Position numbers and translations under genes: made by a program. The notes below the pieces were generated by a model, which was given only the letters and a program-made list of their open reading frames with translations, was not told the origin of the DNA and did no database searches. Shown piece by piece: positions 21,115 to 30,673 of a stretch of 64,000 bases of DNA. Position 1 is the first letter of the stretch. Every line of letters begins with the position of its first letter. This DNA comes from Deltaproteobacteria bacterium. GTDB taxonomy: Bacteria; Desulfobacterota; Binatia; HRBIN30; CADEER01. The stretch covers positions 325,078 through 389,077 of the forward strand of contig JAJCZJ010000020.1 in assembly GCA_029262455.1 (NCBI GenBank), read 5' to 3'.

Positions 21115-21939
21115 ATGTTATCTCGGATGAGCCAAGGAGCGACATTCCCAACTCCCCCCCTCTCTGTGGTAATACCGGCCTTCGAGGAGTCCAGTCGCAT
21201 CGGCCCTCCACTCGCAAAAATTTGCCAGTATATTGCACAGAACCACCCGGGCACTGAGATCATCATCGTCGACGACGGCAGTCGCGACAGTACCTCGGAA
21301 ACGGTTGAGAAGCTCGCCCCGGATCTGCCATGCCCGGTCACCCTGTTGCGCTATGAGAAAAATCGCGGCAAGGGCTACGCGCTGCGCGTAGGTTTCGCGC
21401 ACAGCAGCGGGCAGCGCGTCCTGTTTACCGATTGCGATCTTTCGACGCCGATCGAGGAACTCGATCGGCTTCTCCCCGCGATCGAGGATGGCGCCGATGT
21501 GGTGATCGGCTCGCGGAAGATGACCGGTGCCGACATCGTCGTTCATCAAAAATGGTACCGCGAGCGGCTCGGCAAAGTCTTTACGTTTCTCGTCAACATC
21601 GCAATCGCCAACGTCAGCGACGCAACGTGCGGTTTCAAGCTCTTCGACGGTGACGTTGGCCGGAAACTCTTCGCACTCGGTCAAATCGACGACTGGAGTT
21701 TCGACGCCGAAATCCTCTTCCTAGCCAGCCGACAGAACCATCGCATCGTCGAGATTCCCGTAACCTGGCGCGATGCCGAGGGCACAAAAGTCCGCCTTGG
21801 CCGCGACGCGCTCGCGGCCCTGACTGGGCTGATGCGCATTCGATGGCTGGCGCTGCGCGGCGTCTATCGGGAGGCTGCTTCTCCGAGCCTGGACTCCTCC
21901 GTCGAAGTCAAGATGCTGCCTGACCGGCTCATATCGTGA
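21115..21939 (+). CDS. GT2 polyprenyl-phosphate glycosyltransferase (GtrB/CsbB/DPM1-like)
   Basis: Start refined to MLSRMSQGATFPTPPLSVVIPAFEES. Motifs IIVDDGSRD, YEKNRGKGYAL, DCDLSTP (DxD) and DDWSFDAEILFLA match dolichyl/undecaprenyl-phosphate sugar synthases. Confidence 0.65.
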   Translation: MLSRMSQGATFPTPPLSVVIPAFEESSRIGPPLAKICQYIAQNHPGTEIIIVDDGSRDSTSETVEKLAPDLPCPVTLLRYEKNRGKGYALRVGFAHSSGQRVLFTDCDLSTPIEELDRLLPAIEDGADVVIGSRKMTGADIVVHQKWYRERLGKVFTFLVNIAIANVSDATCGFKLFDGDVGRKLFALGQIDDWSFDAEILFLASRQNHRIVEIPVTWRDAEGTKVRLGRDALAALTGLMRIRWLALRGVYREAASPSLDSSVEVKMLPDRLIS

Positions 21940-24116
21940 GCACAGGTAGTTCCCCGCAACTCGTCAAGCAGACAAACGTCGATTCCTGGCAGTGGTGGAC
22001 ACTCGTAGGGCTGGGGCTCGGCGCCTTCCTCGCGGTATTCATAGCACTTCGGCTCACGGACCCCACATTGCCTCCAAGCGCGCCGCCGGCCCGCGGTTCC
22101 GACCTCAAGTCCTACTTCCTCCCCTCGATGGTGTTCATTCACCAATCACTGATGGATCTCGAGCTGCCACTCTGGAACCCGTTCCAGCTCGCCGGCTCTC
22201 CGTTCATCGCCAGCCATCACCCCGGCGCCCTCTATCCCCTGCTCGTCGTGTTCGCACCGCTACCTCCACATCTGGCGCTCGCCGCCCACGCACTCCTCCA
22301 CTACGCACTCGCCGGTATATTCACTGCCCTATACGCACGAAAAATCGGCGCCCAGGCCGGTGCTTGCCTCGCTGCCGGAGTTGCCTACATGGGTTGCGCA
22401 CCAATGGTGAACGCCGCCTTCAACACCGCCTATCTGTCGACCTTCATCTGGCTGCCGGCGATTCTGCTGGCCATCGAGCACATGTTTCAGAAACCCGGCC
22501 GCCGGGCAGCCGTGATATTGGCCGCCACACTTTCCCTCAGCTTTCTGGCCGCGCATGCGCAGGCATTCGTTTACTCGGTCGAAGTTGGCGCACTCTACGG
22601 AATCGCACGACTGGCCGCGTCGCAGCCAAGAGCGCAATGGCCACGCATCGCGGGTTGGAGTATCGCTGCCGGATTGATCGCCGCGGGGCTGGTCGCGATC
22701 CAGTTGCTTCCCGCAGTCGAACACGCATCCGCCGGCGGGCGCAATCTCGAAGGCGTCAACTACGGTATCGCTCGTTGGCCTGGTCTCTATTGGCAGCAGG
22801 TCCCTCGAATCCTCTCCGGACTCGACCATCGAGGCACAGGTGTCCCCTTCCTTTTCGTCCCCTTAGCCATCGCGGCAATTTTTTCCCGCTGGCGGACACT
22901 TGCCCTCACGTTCCTCGTAATCTTCTTTCTCTGCATCGATTTCATGGCCGGATCCACCGGATTCGGGTCAAAGTTGTACTACGCTCTTCCCGCCGGAAAT
23001 TTGTTTCGCTTTTCAACCCGAATGGGATTCGCATATCAGCTCGTCGCCGCTGTCATCATGGGCCTCGGCACCAGTGCGGTCATCACGCGATCACAACGAT
23101 GGGGCCCAAAAGCAGCAGGCGCCGTCGGCATCGCACTTCCTGCCCTCCTCGCTCTCGATCTCTTCTGGCGCAATCCCCTGCCCTACCGATTCGACCTGTG
23201 GAGCGACCCGTGGGACGTGAGCGCCGTCAACGCCACCGCCGATCTAGCGAAAACCACCGAATACGACAGACTCTTCATTCAGAATCACGCGTGGGTGACC
23301 GTTCCAACGAAAGTCGGGATGCTGCACAGTGCCTTCGTCGTCCCGGACTATGACCCGCTACTGCCGGGGGCTTACAAGCACATGTTCGGGTCTGGTTCGA
23401 AAGTTGTCTGGCAAGGGCGCCTCGATATGGTCGATCCATGGCCTGGCGAGAGAAAGAAAAACCACAAGCCCCCCGTCCTCCAACCACCCACGCGACTCGA
23501 TCTGCTCAGTGTTCGGTACTACGTCGACGCCCGCACAATCGCGAGGCTAGGTCCTACCAAGCTGGGATCCGTTTTAGACGCCAAACAGATCCGCGAGGGA
23601 CCACCGCCGGTCTACGAACGCACGACTGCGTTGCCGCGTACCTACATCGTCAAGAATGTGATTGCCGTCGCGTCCGAGGACGATGCTCTGAAGCACGTGC
23701 ACGAGCTCGCCTTCGACCCGACCGAAACGGCTATCGTCGTCGGGAACACCACCCTAGACACGCAGCCGCTGACTGCAGACGATCAGGCTCACATCACGTC
23801 GTTCCACCGCAACGACGTATCCATCGAAGCATCCTGCACTTCGGAATGTTTGCTCGTCCTAACCGATCTCTTCGATCCCGATTGGACTGTGCATGTAAAC
23901 GACCAGCCGCACGAAATATTGCGCACGAACTATCTGGTACGTGGCGTCCGCTTGGAAGCGGGTACCCATCGCGTCGATTTCCACTACCGCGCGCGAGAGT
24001 TCTGGAAAGGCGCAATCATCACTCTCGCAGCACTCCTGGTTTCGGCGTACCTGCTGGCAACGGGCGACCCGACTCTCCACCGCCCTGCGACCAACACCGC
24101 TCGCAGTACCGGCTGA
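21936..24116 (+). CDS. YfhO-like GT-C fold membrane glycosyltransferase, paralog 3 of 3 (GTG start overlapping GT2 stop, GTGA)
   Basis: 726 aa with the same conserved blocks as paralogs 1 and 2. C-terminal FDPDWTVHVNDQPHEILRTNYLVRGVRLEAGTHRVDFHYRAREF. Confidence 0.5.
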   Translation: MSTGSSPQLVKQTNVDSWQWWTLVGLGLGAFLAVFIALRLTDPTLPPSAPPARGSDLKSYFLPSMVFIHQSLMDLELPLWNPFQLAGSPFIASHHPGALYPLLVVFAPLPPHLALAAHALLHYALAGIFTALYARKIGAQAGACLAAGVAYMGCAPMVNAAFNTAYLSTFIWLPAILLAIEHMFQKPGRRAAVILAATLSLSFLAAHAQAFVYSVEVGALYGIARLAASQPRAQWPRIAGWSIAAGLIAAGLVAIQLLPAVEHASAGGRNLEGVNYGIARWPGLYWQQVPRILSGLDHRGTGVPFLFVPLAIAAIFSRWRTLALTFLVIFFLCIDFMAGSTGFGSKLYYALPAGNLFRFSTRMGFAYQLVAAVIMGLGTSAVITRSQRWGPKAAGAVGIALPALLALDLFWRNPLPYRFDLWSDPWDVSAVNATADLAKTTEYDRLFIQNHAWVTVPTKVGMLHSAFVVPDYDPLLPGAYKHMFGSGSKVVWQGRLDMVDPWPGERKKNHKPPVLQPPTRLDLLSVRYYVDARTIARLGPTKLGSVLDAKQIREGPPPVYERTTALPRTYIVKNVIAVASEDDALKHVHELAFDPTETAIVVGNTTLDTQPLTADDQAHITSFHRNDVSIEASCTSECLLVLTDLFDPDWTVHVNDQPHEILRTNYLVRGVRLEAGTHRVDFHYRAREFWKGAIITLAALLVSAYLLATGDPTLHRPATNTARSTG

Positions 24117-24157
24117 GCATCGGCTCACCCAACAAACCGGCCCCACACGCCAAGCCT

Positions 24158-24916
24158 TCACAGGATCTCCCAGCCTTCACAATAGAGATCCTGCCAATTT
24201 CGAGGGCCTGCCGGTTTGAACCAAGTGCGTGGGGCGACAGTCGGCCCACCGCCAAGCCAAGCCGCCCACCAGCTATAGGTACTGTTCGCAATGACATGGG
24301 CGTGGCACAGCGCCATCGCGCACATGTCGACATGTGCGTCGTTCCCCGAGACGACGACCTGGCTGTCAAAGTGCCGACGACACCAGTCAGGGTCATCAGA
24401 GAAGACAATCGGGCTGTGACCTTCGAACCTTGCCAACGCTTGCCTGTACCACGACAAAGGCAGATTGGAGTGGATCCGGCTCTTATCCGTGTAATCGCCC
24501 CGACGCACGTGAACCGACACACGTGAAGTGCGAACGCCGGCAAGCACCTCCTCTGCCCGTTCCCGCACTTCGTCGGTGAATGTGAAGTTGCTTCGCACAA
24601 TCTCTTCGCAATGCGCGAAATACTTGGGACTCTGGTAGTAACCCAAGAGATCGAAGTCGCGCCGCTCGCTGAGGCCGAACACCTCCCGCGAGAACGAGAA
24701 GCGAGGCTCGCGAAAGCTTTCTACGGGCGGCGGGACAGATTCGTCGAGAACCGAACCGAGGATGAAACCCCGAGCAAGATCGGACGCCGAGATCGGCGCG
24801 CACGGATCGTGGCCGGTAATGATCGATGCACCCAAGACGGCAGCATATTGAAACATCTGGTTTCCCAAACGCCCCTGAATCCCAATAGAGTTATGTCCGA
24901 GTCTCGCCACGTTCAA
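24158..24916 (-). CDS. GT11 alpha-1,2-fucosyltransferase (FutC/WbgL-like)
   Basis: The GRLGNQMFQYA N-terminal hallmark, VHVRRGDY and HVIANSTYSWWAAWL are the three canonical GT11 motifs. Confidence 0.7.
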   Translation of the reverse strand: MNVARLGHNSIGIQGRLGNQMFQYAAVLGASIITGHDPCAPISASDLARGFILGSVLDESVPPPVESFREPRFSFSREVFGLSERRDFDLLGYYQSPKYFAHCEEIVRSNFTFTDEVRERAEEVLAGVRTSRVSVHVRRGDYTDKSRIHSNLPLSWYRQALARFEGHSPIVFSDDPDWCRRHFDSQVVVSGNDAHVDMCAMALCHAHVIANSTYSWWAAWLGGGPTVAPRTWFKPAGPRNWQDLYCEGWEIL

Positions 24917-24940
24917 CCATGAGTGAATCAGCGCGGGCGG

Positions 24941-27472
24941 TCAAAGTCCGATCACGTGCGTAATGGCGGGAATGGGCTTCGCCAAGGCCGGCAGGCGGAT
25001 CCCAATGTGGACCGTCGCCAACTCGCCTGTCGTTCCGGGAGCGAAACGCGGCTGCACCTCGACACACTTGCCGTTTCGAATCGGACGCGGCGCCGACGCC
25101 GGCTTCTTGCCGTCGAGGAGGAACTTGACGCCGGCCTCCAACATCGCCTGGCCGCACTTCTTCTTCGAACAACACACCGCAACAAATCCCAAGCGCATCT
25201 GCGGCATCGAGAACGTCAGCCAGCCTGCCTGCTGCGAAGCGCGTGTCACCAGCCCCGCGCACGCTGCGGGGTGCCGGCACTCGGGCATGCTGCGTTCGTT
25301 GTCGGGAATGTAGCGCCCGCCCTCCTCCGCCTTCCATCGTGTCCAACCCGCGTCCGAAGTTTGCGCAAGAGCCCGGTGCGGATTCTTCTCAGCCATCGCA
25401 TCGAGGCGCGCGAAGTGCTGTTCTCCAAACGTCGGCACTTCGTAGTTGGTACACCGCGGCGGTTCAGAAACCGCACACCACTCCGCCGGGCAAGCCAGCG
25501 GCTTGGGCAGGACCGAGGCCGACGGCTGACGGGGACGCTTCGGCCAGCGCACAGTCGGATAAGGCTCAGCAGAAACTCGACCCAACGCCAGGAGCAACGC
25601 GTCCGAAAGTTTGTACGCCAGCGCGTCGGCAGTCGTCTGAAACAGAAGCGGACCGGGATGCCAATTGCGGAACACGACGCCCAACGACTGGCGGCGCCGT
25701 TCAGACACGCCCGCTGCCTCCCCCTCCCGCGTCGTCTCGTGAAGCGTGTCACCAACCACACCCCACTCCTTGCCGGGGTAGCCAACGCTCTTGATGCCAC
25801 GCTCCATACAGAGCACATCCGCGCCAAACGGACCGTAGACATCAAGCAACACCTGGTCCTCGGCCGGCAGACGCGAGCAGTCATGCGTATAAAGAATCTG
25901 CGGCACCGGGCTGCGCTCCATCAGCAGCGACCAGCGATAGAATAGCTCGTGGTAGAGCTGGAGATCTTCCGCGGAGCTGCCGGCCTCGAAATAGGTCCAC
26001 GAGTAGTGCGTCATGTCGACGTCGTCGCCCACCAGCGTGCGCAAACACCAAACCTGGTTATCGAACGAGTCGCCGCAATCCCCACCCTGGCCGGTGTTCC
26101 GCACTTCAAACTCGACGCCGGCGGTATTCCAGACCGGAGCCATCAGGCGTTCGAGCTGGAGCTGGTAAGAATCGTAGTGACAGTTGTCGAAACCCGCGGT
26201 CACCGAGCTTCCGATCGTGCCGATGACGAAGCGGTCTCGCCAAACCAGGGCCCGCGCAAGCTTGTCAGCCAAGAAGTCGATTCCTTGCTGGTAGCGGCGG
26301 TCGTTTGGTTGCAAATACCAAGTCTTACGCAACACATCGGGACCACCGTAATAGTCCTCGAGCATCGAGCGCATCTTCTCCACCTCGGCCCGGATTACGG
26401 CATAGCGGGCGCCCTCTGCGTCGGAATCGCCGGCACCGCCTCCTTGTCGCAGCGAGAGTTTCTCGCGAACTGCCGGAACAGCGATCAGCTCCCGCCAAAA
26501 CGCACGCGCAAAGCGCTCGCCACTGTCGCGATTCAGGTGTGAGCCGTCGCTCGTTGCCAAGTCCGCGACGTCGGGCAAAACGACCGGAACCCCGAGAGCA
26601 TCGCCCAAATGAGGAAGATGGCCGGTCTGGGTTTGCGCGTAGGGAGTGAGAGTCACCACCATGAGAGCACCGCGCGATCTCAGTTCACTCTGGAGTTCTC
26701 GCGCTGCCGGCACCACTCGGTCGTAGTTCCGGTCCTCCCGAGTCCAGCCAACCGCATAACTCGCAGCCGGCTCAACTGCGGGTCGCCACCAACCAGTTCG
26801 CGAAGACCGATAGATGACCCATTGCGAAGCGATCTCATCGCCAAACCAATCCAGCTTCGGCACAATGGTGTGAAGCCAACGCTGCAAGCCCCACCGAGCC
26901 CGGGTCTCGATCCATAGCTTGTGGGCCTGCCACCAAGTCAACTGCATCGCCGCGACCGCACGATCCGACACTCGATCGCCGAAGAAGTGCGGCCCGCCGG
27001 CGACGACCACCACCTTCGGTCGCAGATCATGTCGACGGATCAGCTCCAGGGCAAAACCCAGCCCTTCCGAGTGCCCCATGCCGAGAGAAAAGACTCTTGA
27101 CCCCATCACCTCAGCGGCAGGCACTATACCGTCCTCACGCAGACCGAGCGGCATGCGCGAATTACCGATGAAGAGAACATCGGCCCGGCGCGCGTTTGAA
27201 ACCGAGTCTCCGATGTCGTGAAACAGCGCGACATGACTCAGTTCATCACCAACCGAATACGTGAAGAACGCGTCGTCCCCCGGCACCTCGAACGACGGCA
27301 TCCACTGCATCCGGGCCTGGCGCCCATCGGGCAAGGACAACTTCGGTAAGAGCAATGCCGTCAGCACAAAAGAAGAAAGAAAAAGAAGAACCGCGGATGA
27401 ACGCTGATCAACGCTGATGCGCCGCGGGAAGCCACGGCTGACATCGGACGATCTGCGTTCACCTGCGTTCAT
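24941..27472 (-). CDS. Large periplasmic partner of MBOAT with two SGNH/GDSL-hydrolase-like regions (AlgJ/AlgX/PatB-like O-acetyltransferase component)
   Basis: ORF 24941..27571 trimmed to Met 34 (MNAGERR...) so that it does not overlap the MBOAT stop at 27498. N-terminal TM segment. FIGNSRMPLG and TIGSSVTAGFDNCHY blocks resemble SGNH block I. Immediately downstream of the MBOAT on the same strand. Confidence 0.45.
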   Translation of the reverse strand: MNAGERRSSDVSRGFPRRISVDQRSSAVLLFLSSFVLTALLLPKLSLPDGRQARMQWMPSFEVPGDDAFFTYSVGDELSHVALFHDIGDSVSNARRADVLFIGNSRMPLGLREDGIVPAAEVMGSRVFSLGMGHSEGLGFALELIRRHDLRPKVVVVAGGPHFFGDRVSDRAVAAMQLTWWQAHKLWIETRARWGLQRWLHTIVPKLDWFGDEIASQWVIYRSSRTGWWRPAVEPAASYAVGWTREDRNYDRVVPAARELQSELRSRGALMVVTLTPYAQTQTGHLPHLGDALGVPVVLPDVADLATSDGSHLNRDSGERFARAFWRELIAVPAVREKLSLRQGGGAGDSDAEGARYAVIRAEVEKMRSMLEDYYGGPDVLRKTWYLQPNDRRYQQGIDFLADKLARALVWRDRFVIGTIGSSVTAGFDNCHYDSYQLQLERLMAPVWNTAGVEFEVRNTGQGGDCGDSFDNQVWCLRTLVGDDVDMTHYSWTYFEAGSSAEDLQLYHELFYRWSLLMERSPVPQILYTHDCSRLPAEDQVLLDVYGPFGADVLCMERGIKSVGYPGKEWGVVGDTLHETTREGEAAGVSERRRQSLGVVFRNWHPGPLLFQTTADALAYKLSDALLLALGRVSAEPYPTVRWPKRPRQPSASVLPKPLACPAEWCAVSEPPRCTNYEVPTFGEQHFARLDAMAEKNPHRALAQTSDAGWTRWKAEEGGRYIPDNERSMPECRHPAACAGLVTRASQQAGWLTFSMPQMRLGFVAVCCSKKKCGQAMLEAGVKFLLDGKKPASAPRPIRNGKCVEVQPRFAPGTTGELATVHIGIRLPALAKPIPAITHVIGL

Positions 27473-27497
27473 CTGCGGTTCAAATCCCTTGCTCGGC

Positions 27498-28907
27498 TCA
27501 AAACTGGAAGTAAATGAACTGCTGTTCCGTCGTGTACAGCGCAAGGACCGCCGCCAACATGGCACCGGCATAGATCGGCATCTCGAAGCGCTTCATTCCG
27601 AGTCCCGAGCTCCGGATCATTGCGGACCGCAAGTGAAGCGCCACGACCGGAGCGACGAAATACCAACCGAGTACTGTCAGATCGTCTAGGGAGCCAAGCC
27701 CACCACCAACCAACGAGACGATCCCCGCCACTGCATTGCCGACAACTCGCGTGCTCTGCGATAGATCCTCGGCGCGGAACAGGCCCATGCTCAGGATCCA
27801 CGTCACTTGCACGACGAGATACCAGCCCATCGAGGCCAGACGTCCCTGAGGTCCGCGCGAGAAACCCAAGGTCCGCTCGATCGCGAGCGCCAGCCCGTGC
27901 AACGCCCCCCACATCACGAAGGTCCAACTCGCACCATGCCAAAGTCCAGCGATCACCATGACCGCTGTGACGTTCACCAACGTGCGAGCTCGTCCGTGCC
28001 GGTTCCCCCCCAACGGGATGTACAGGTAGTCGCGGAACCAACGCGAGAGCGTGATGTGCCAACGACGCCAGAAATCGCTGAAGGTTGCCGCGATGTAGGG
28101 AGCGTCAAAATTGATCGGCAAGCGAAAGCCAAGCTGATAGGCAAGCCCGCGCGCAATGTCGGTATATCCCGCGAAGTCACAGAACAGCTGGCAGGAGAAA
28201 AAGGCGAGCATCGAGAGAGCCAGCAATCCGCCACCGGTTTCCGACGCGGCGCTCTCCCAATGCGTATCGACGACGCGTCCGAGGTTGTCAGCGACGACGA
28301 CCTTGAGAAACAGGCCGCGAACGATCAGGTAGGCGCCTTCGAAGAAGACTCTACCTCTGAAACCACGGTCGCGTTCCAACTGATAGAGAAAATCCCGCGC
28401 TCGAACGATCGGGCCCGCGACGAGCTGCGGAAAGAAGGCGATATAGCAGGCGAGTCGGACAAAGCTTTTCTCAGCCGGGATGTCGCCGCGGTAAACGTCG
28501 ATCGTGTAGCTCATCGACTGAAACGTATAGAACGAGATCCCAATCGGGAGGACAATCTCCGGATCCACAAACTGCCAAAGGCCCGAGGTCGCAATGTTCT
28601 GCGCCACAAAGCCACCGTACTTGAAGTAGCCGAGCAGCCCCAGATTGAGCAGCAGAGAAAGCGAAAGAATGCCCTTGCGCCGTGCCGTAGCCGACCCTGG
28701 CGCAGCGGCAATCACGCGGGCAGCGAAATAGTCGACACACGTGCTGAAGAGAATGAGGGCGAAGTACTTGGGGACGTGCCAGGAATAAAACGCCCAGCTC
28801 AGCAACAAGAGCCCGAAGACGTACGATCGGTTCGATCGGCGCGTCGCACCGCGCAGCGCCAACGCCAAAAAGAACAGGAACAAGAAAGAGACAGAAAGAA
28901 AGCTCAC
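27498..28907 (-). CDS. MBOAT family membrane-bound O-acyltransferase (AlgI/DltB/PatA-like)
   Basis: 469 aa, multi-TM. Conserved GISFYTFQ, FWRRWHITLSRWFRDYLYIPLGGNR and the His in WHGASW. Confidence 0.75.
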   Translation of the reverse strand: MSFLSVSFLFLFFLALALRGATRRSNRSYVFGLLLLSWAFYSWHVPKYFALILFSTCVDYFAARVIAAAPGSATARRKGILSLSLLLNLGLLGYFKYGGFVAQNIATSGLWQFVDPEIVLPIGISFYTFQSMSYTIDVYRGDIPAEKSFVRLACYIAFFPQLVAGPIVRARDFLYQLERDRGFRGRVFFEGAYLIVRGLFLKVVVADNLGRVVDTHWESAASETGGGLLALSMLAFFSCQLFCDFAGYTDIARGLAYQLGFRLPINFDAPYIAATFSDFWRRWHITLSRWFRDYLYIPLGGNRHGRARTLVNVTAVMVIAGLWHGASWTFVMWGALHGLALAIERTLGFSRGPQGRLASMGWYLVVQVTWILSMGLFRAEDLSQSTRVVGNAVAGIVSLVGGGLGSLDDLTVLGWYFVAPVVALHLRSAMIRSSGLGMKRFEMPIYAGAMLAAVLALYTTEQQFIYFQF

Positions 28908-29405
28908 GTTTTCGGCGCCGGATTGAAGTGCGAAAACACATAGCGGCCGGAGAGGCAGATGTCAGCGACCGAGGACATCGGGGGTAGTGGGTCACTTTGA
29001 TCCTGAGCTCGGCGCAACCGGAGCGAAGTTGGGAGGGCACGGCACCGCCGAGCCTTTCCGGGGTGGAGTCTTGTCACAGCTACCACCCGCAGGAGCTATG
29101 CGCGGCTCGGCGGCGCCGCGCCCTCCCGGGACCCGGCTGCTCCCGTCCGCTTCGATCAAACCGACCCACCACCGGACATCGAACGCGGTACGCGTATTCT
29201 CCCTCGAAGGCCCGTTCCAAGGCGGCCTCATTCACACCCCGGTCGTAACGCAGCAAGGAGCCGTCTGCATACGCGCGCTGCGCTGTTTCCGGGTCTATGG
29301 AAATGCCACTCCGTTCCGCATTCATTTCCGTCATTTGCAGTTTCCGACACAAACCAATCCGCCCTCTTGCGGAGCCACCCAGGTCGCGCCAGGATCGCAT
29401 CCCTT

Positions 29406-30590
29406 ATGCCGAAAGAAGAGATCGAGGTCGAGGTTCGGGTTCGGCTGCGCGGAGGGCATTCCTACGATCTCACCCTATCATCCAACTCCGCTCTTCTGCG
29501 CGACTTGATCACGACGCTCGGCGGGTCGAGAAACTCGGTCCAGCCCCGACTCTTCCAGCTACCCCTCGACGGCGGCCAAACCTCCGCAACATTCGCCAGC
29601 GATCAGATATCAGCGATCGACACCCGTCCGCCACTCGACTGGAACACCATCACAACTGGTACGGAAGAGCGGTCCGCAAAAAGCCTCGGCGATGGTCCGC
29701 CTCTCGTCCTACGCGGCGCCCGCAACATTACACGCCAGCCATCCTACGAGGCAGCAGAGCGACGAGCGCGGCGGCTGATGGAACCGTTCGTGGCGCATCG
29801 ACAAGCCCGCCGTGCCGCACTGAAGAGCACTTGCGACGAGCTCGGCGGAAACACCTTCGTCGTCTCCCCCTTCAACCAAGGCTTCGTCCCGCTACTGCGC
29901 AACTGGGCCGCATCCTGTGATCGTTCCGGCATCGACTGCCGCGCCAGGACGGTACTGTTTCCGACCGACAACGGCGCCGACACTGCAGCACGCGAGCTCG
30001 GATTCGCAACCCTCTTCGACGGCGTCTCGTTTGACGGTGCCCCGCGCGACGCTATCAAAGTCTACGGGGACGCCCACTTTGCCGATTGTGTCTTCGCCAA
30101 GCTCGGCGCAGCAATCGACATGCTCGCTCTCGGCTACGACATCCTACTCCAGGATATGGATCTCGTCTGGTTCAAAGACCCGCTCCCCGGACTCAAAACT
30201 CGAGCGATGGCCGACGATCTGGACTTACAGTTCATGCGCGACATGAATCCGCGCTTCCAGCCGCTGTACTACAACTCCGGCTTCGTATTTATGCGCAACA
30301 ACGAATTCACCCGCCAAACCTGGAACACCATCTTCGACGCCTTTGCGGCGGTCGTGTTCTACCGCTCCGATCAAACCGTCGTGAACCAGGTCGTCGACTG
30401 CTACAAAGAGCGAGGATTGCGAGCCGCCCGTCTTCCAGATCGCTACGTAGATGGACAACTGCTGATCCGGGCCCAAACAAAACGCCGGCCTCTACCGCCA
30501 GATTCGATCGTGGCTCACGTCAACTGGACCGGAAACCTTGCCGAGAAGATCGCTCGGCTCAAAGCACTCGAACTGTGGTTCATCGACTGA
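29406..30590 (+). CDS. Novel ~80-aa N-terminal domain fused to a nucleotide-diphospho-sugar transferase (Nucleotid_trans/GT77-like) domain
   Basis: Start taken at MPKEEIEVEV (internal Met of ORF 29367..30590; weak RBS, start uncertain). C-terminal domain has LLQDMDLVWFKDP (the DxD...W motif of the Nucleotid_trans family). The N-terminal 80 aa are homologous to the N-terminus of the 36641 protein and to an internal segment of the 41978 protein. Confidence 0.5.
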   Translation: MPKEEIEVEVRVRLRGGHSYDLTLSSNSALLRDLITTLGGSRNSVQPRLFQLPLDGGQTSATFASDQISAIDTRPPLDWNTITTGTEERSAKSLGDGPPLVLRGARNITRQPSYEAAERRARRLMEPFVAHRQARRAALKSTCDELGGNTFVVSPFNQGFVPLLRNWAASCDRSGIDCRARTVLFPTDNGADTAARELGFATLFDGVSFDGAPRDAIKVYGDAHFADCVFAKLGAAIDMLALGYDILLQDMDLVWFKDPLPGLKTRAMADDLDLQFMRDMNPRFQPLYYNSGFVFMRNNEFTRQTWNTIFDAFAAVVFYRSDQTVVNQVVDCYKERGLRAARLPDRYVDGQLLIRAQTKRRPLPPDSIVAHVNWTGNLAEKIARLKALELWFID

Positions 30591-30673
30591 TCGATGCAAA
30601 TCACTTGCCGTGTCACAAGTTTTCCCCTTTTAAGCTTGACAGGAAGTCAGCGAACGTCGAGACTGCCTCCCGG

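Noticed and set aside
21992-24526. ORFs 21992..23353 (453 aa) and 23438..24526 (362 aa) on the plus strand
   Set aside because: Out-of-frame overlaps of the third YfhO-like gene and of the GT11 gene on the opposite strand. Arg/Pro/Ser-rich with no motifs.
29080-29400. Small minus-strand ORF (possible 85-aa product from Met at 29334: MTEMNAERSGISIDPETAQRAYADGSLLRYDRGVNEAALERAFEGE...) in the ~500-bp divergent intergenic region between MBOAT and the GT77-like gene
   Set aside because: No RBS, no recognisable motif, and codon third-position bias is weak compared with neighbouring genes. Could be a real small protein, but the sequence alone does not support it.
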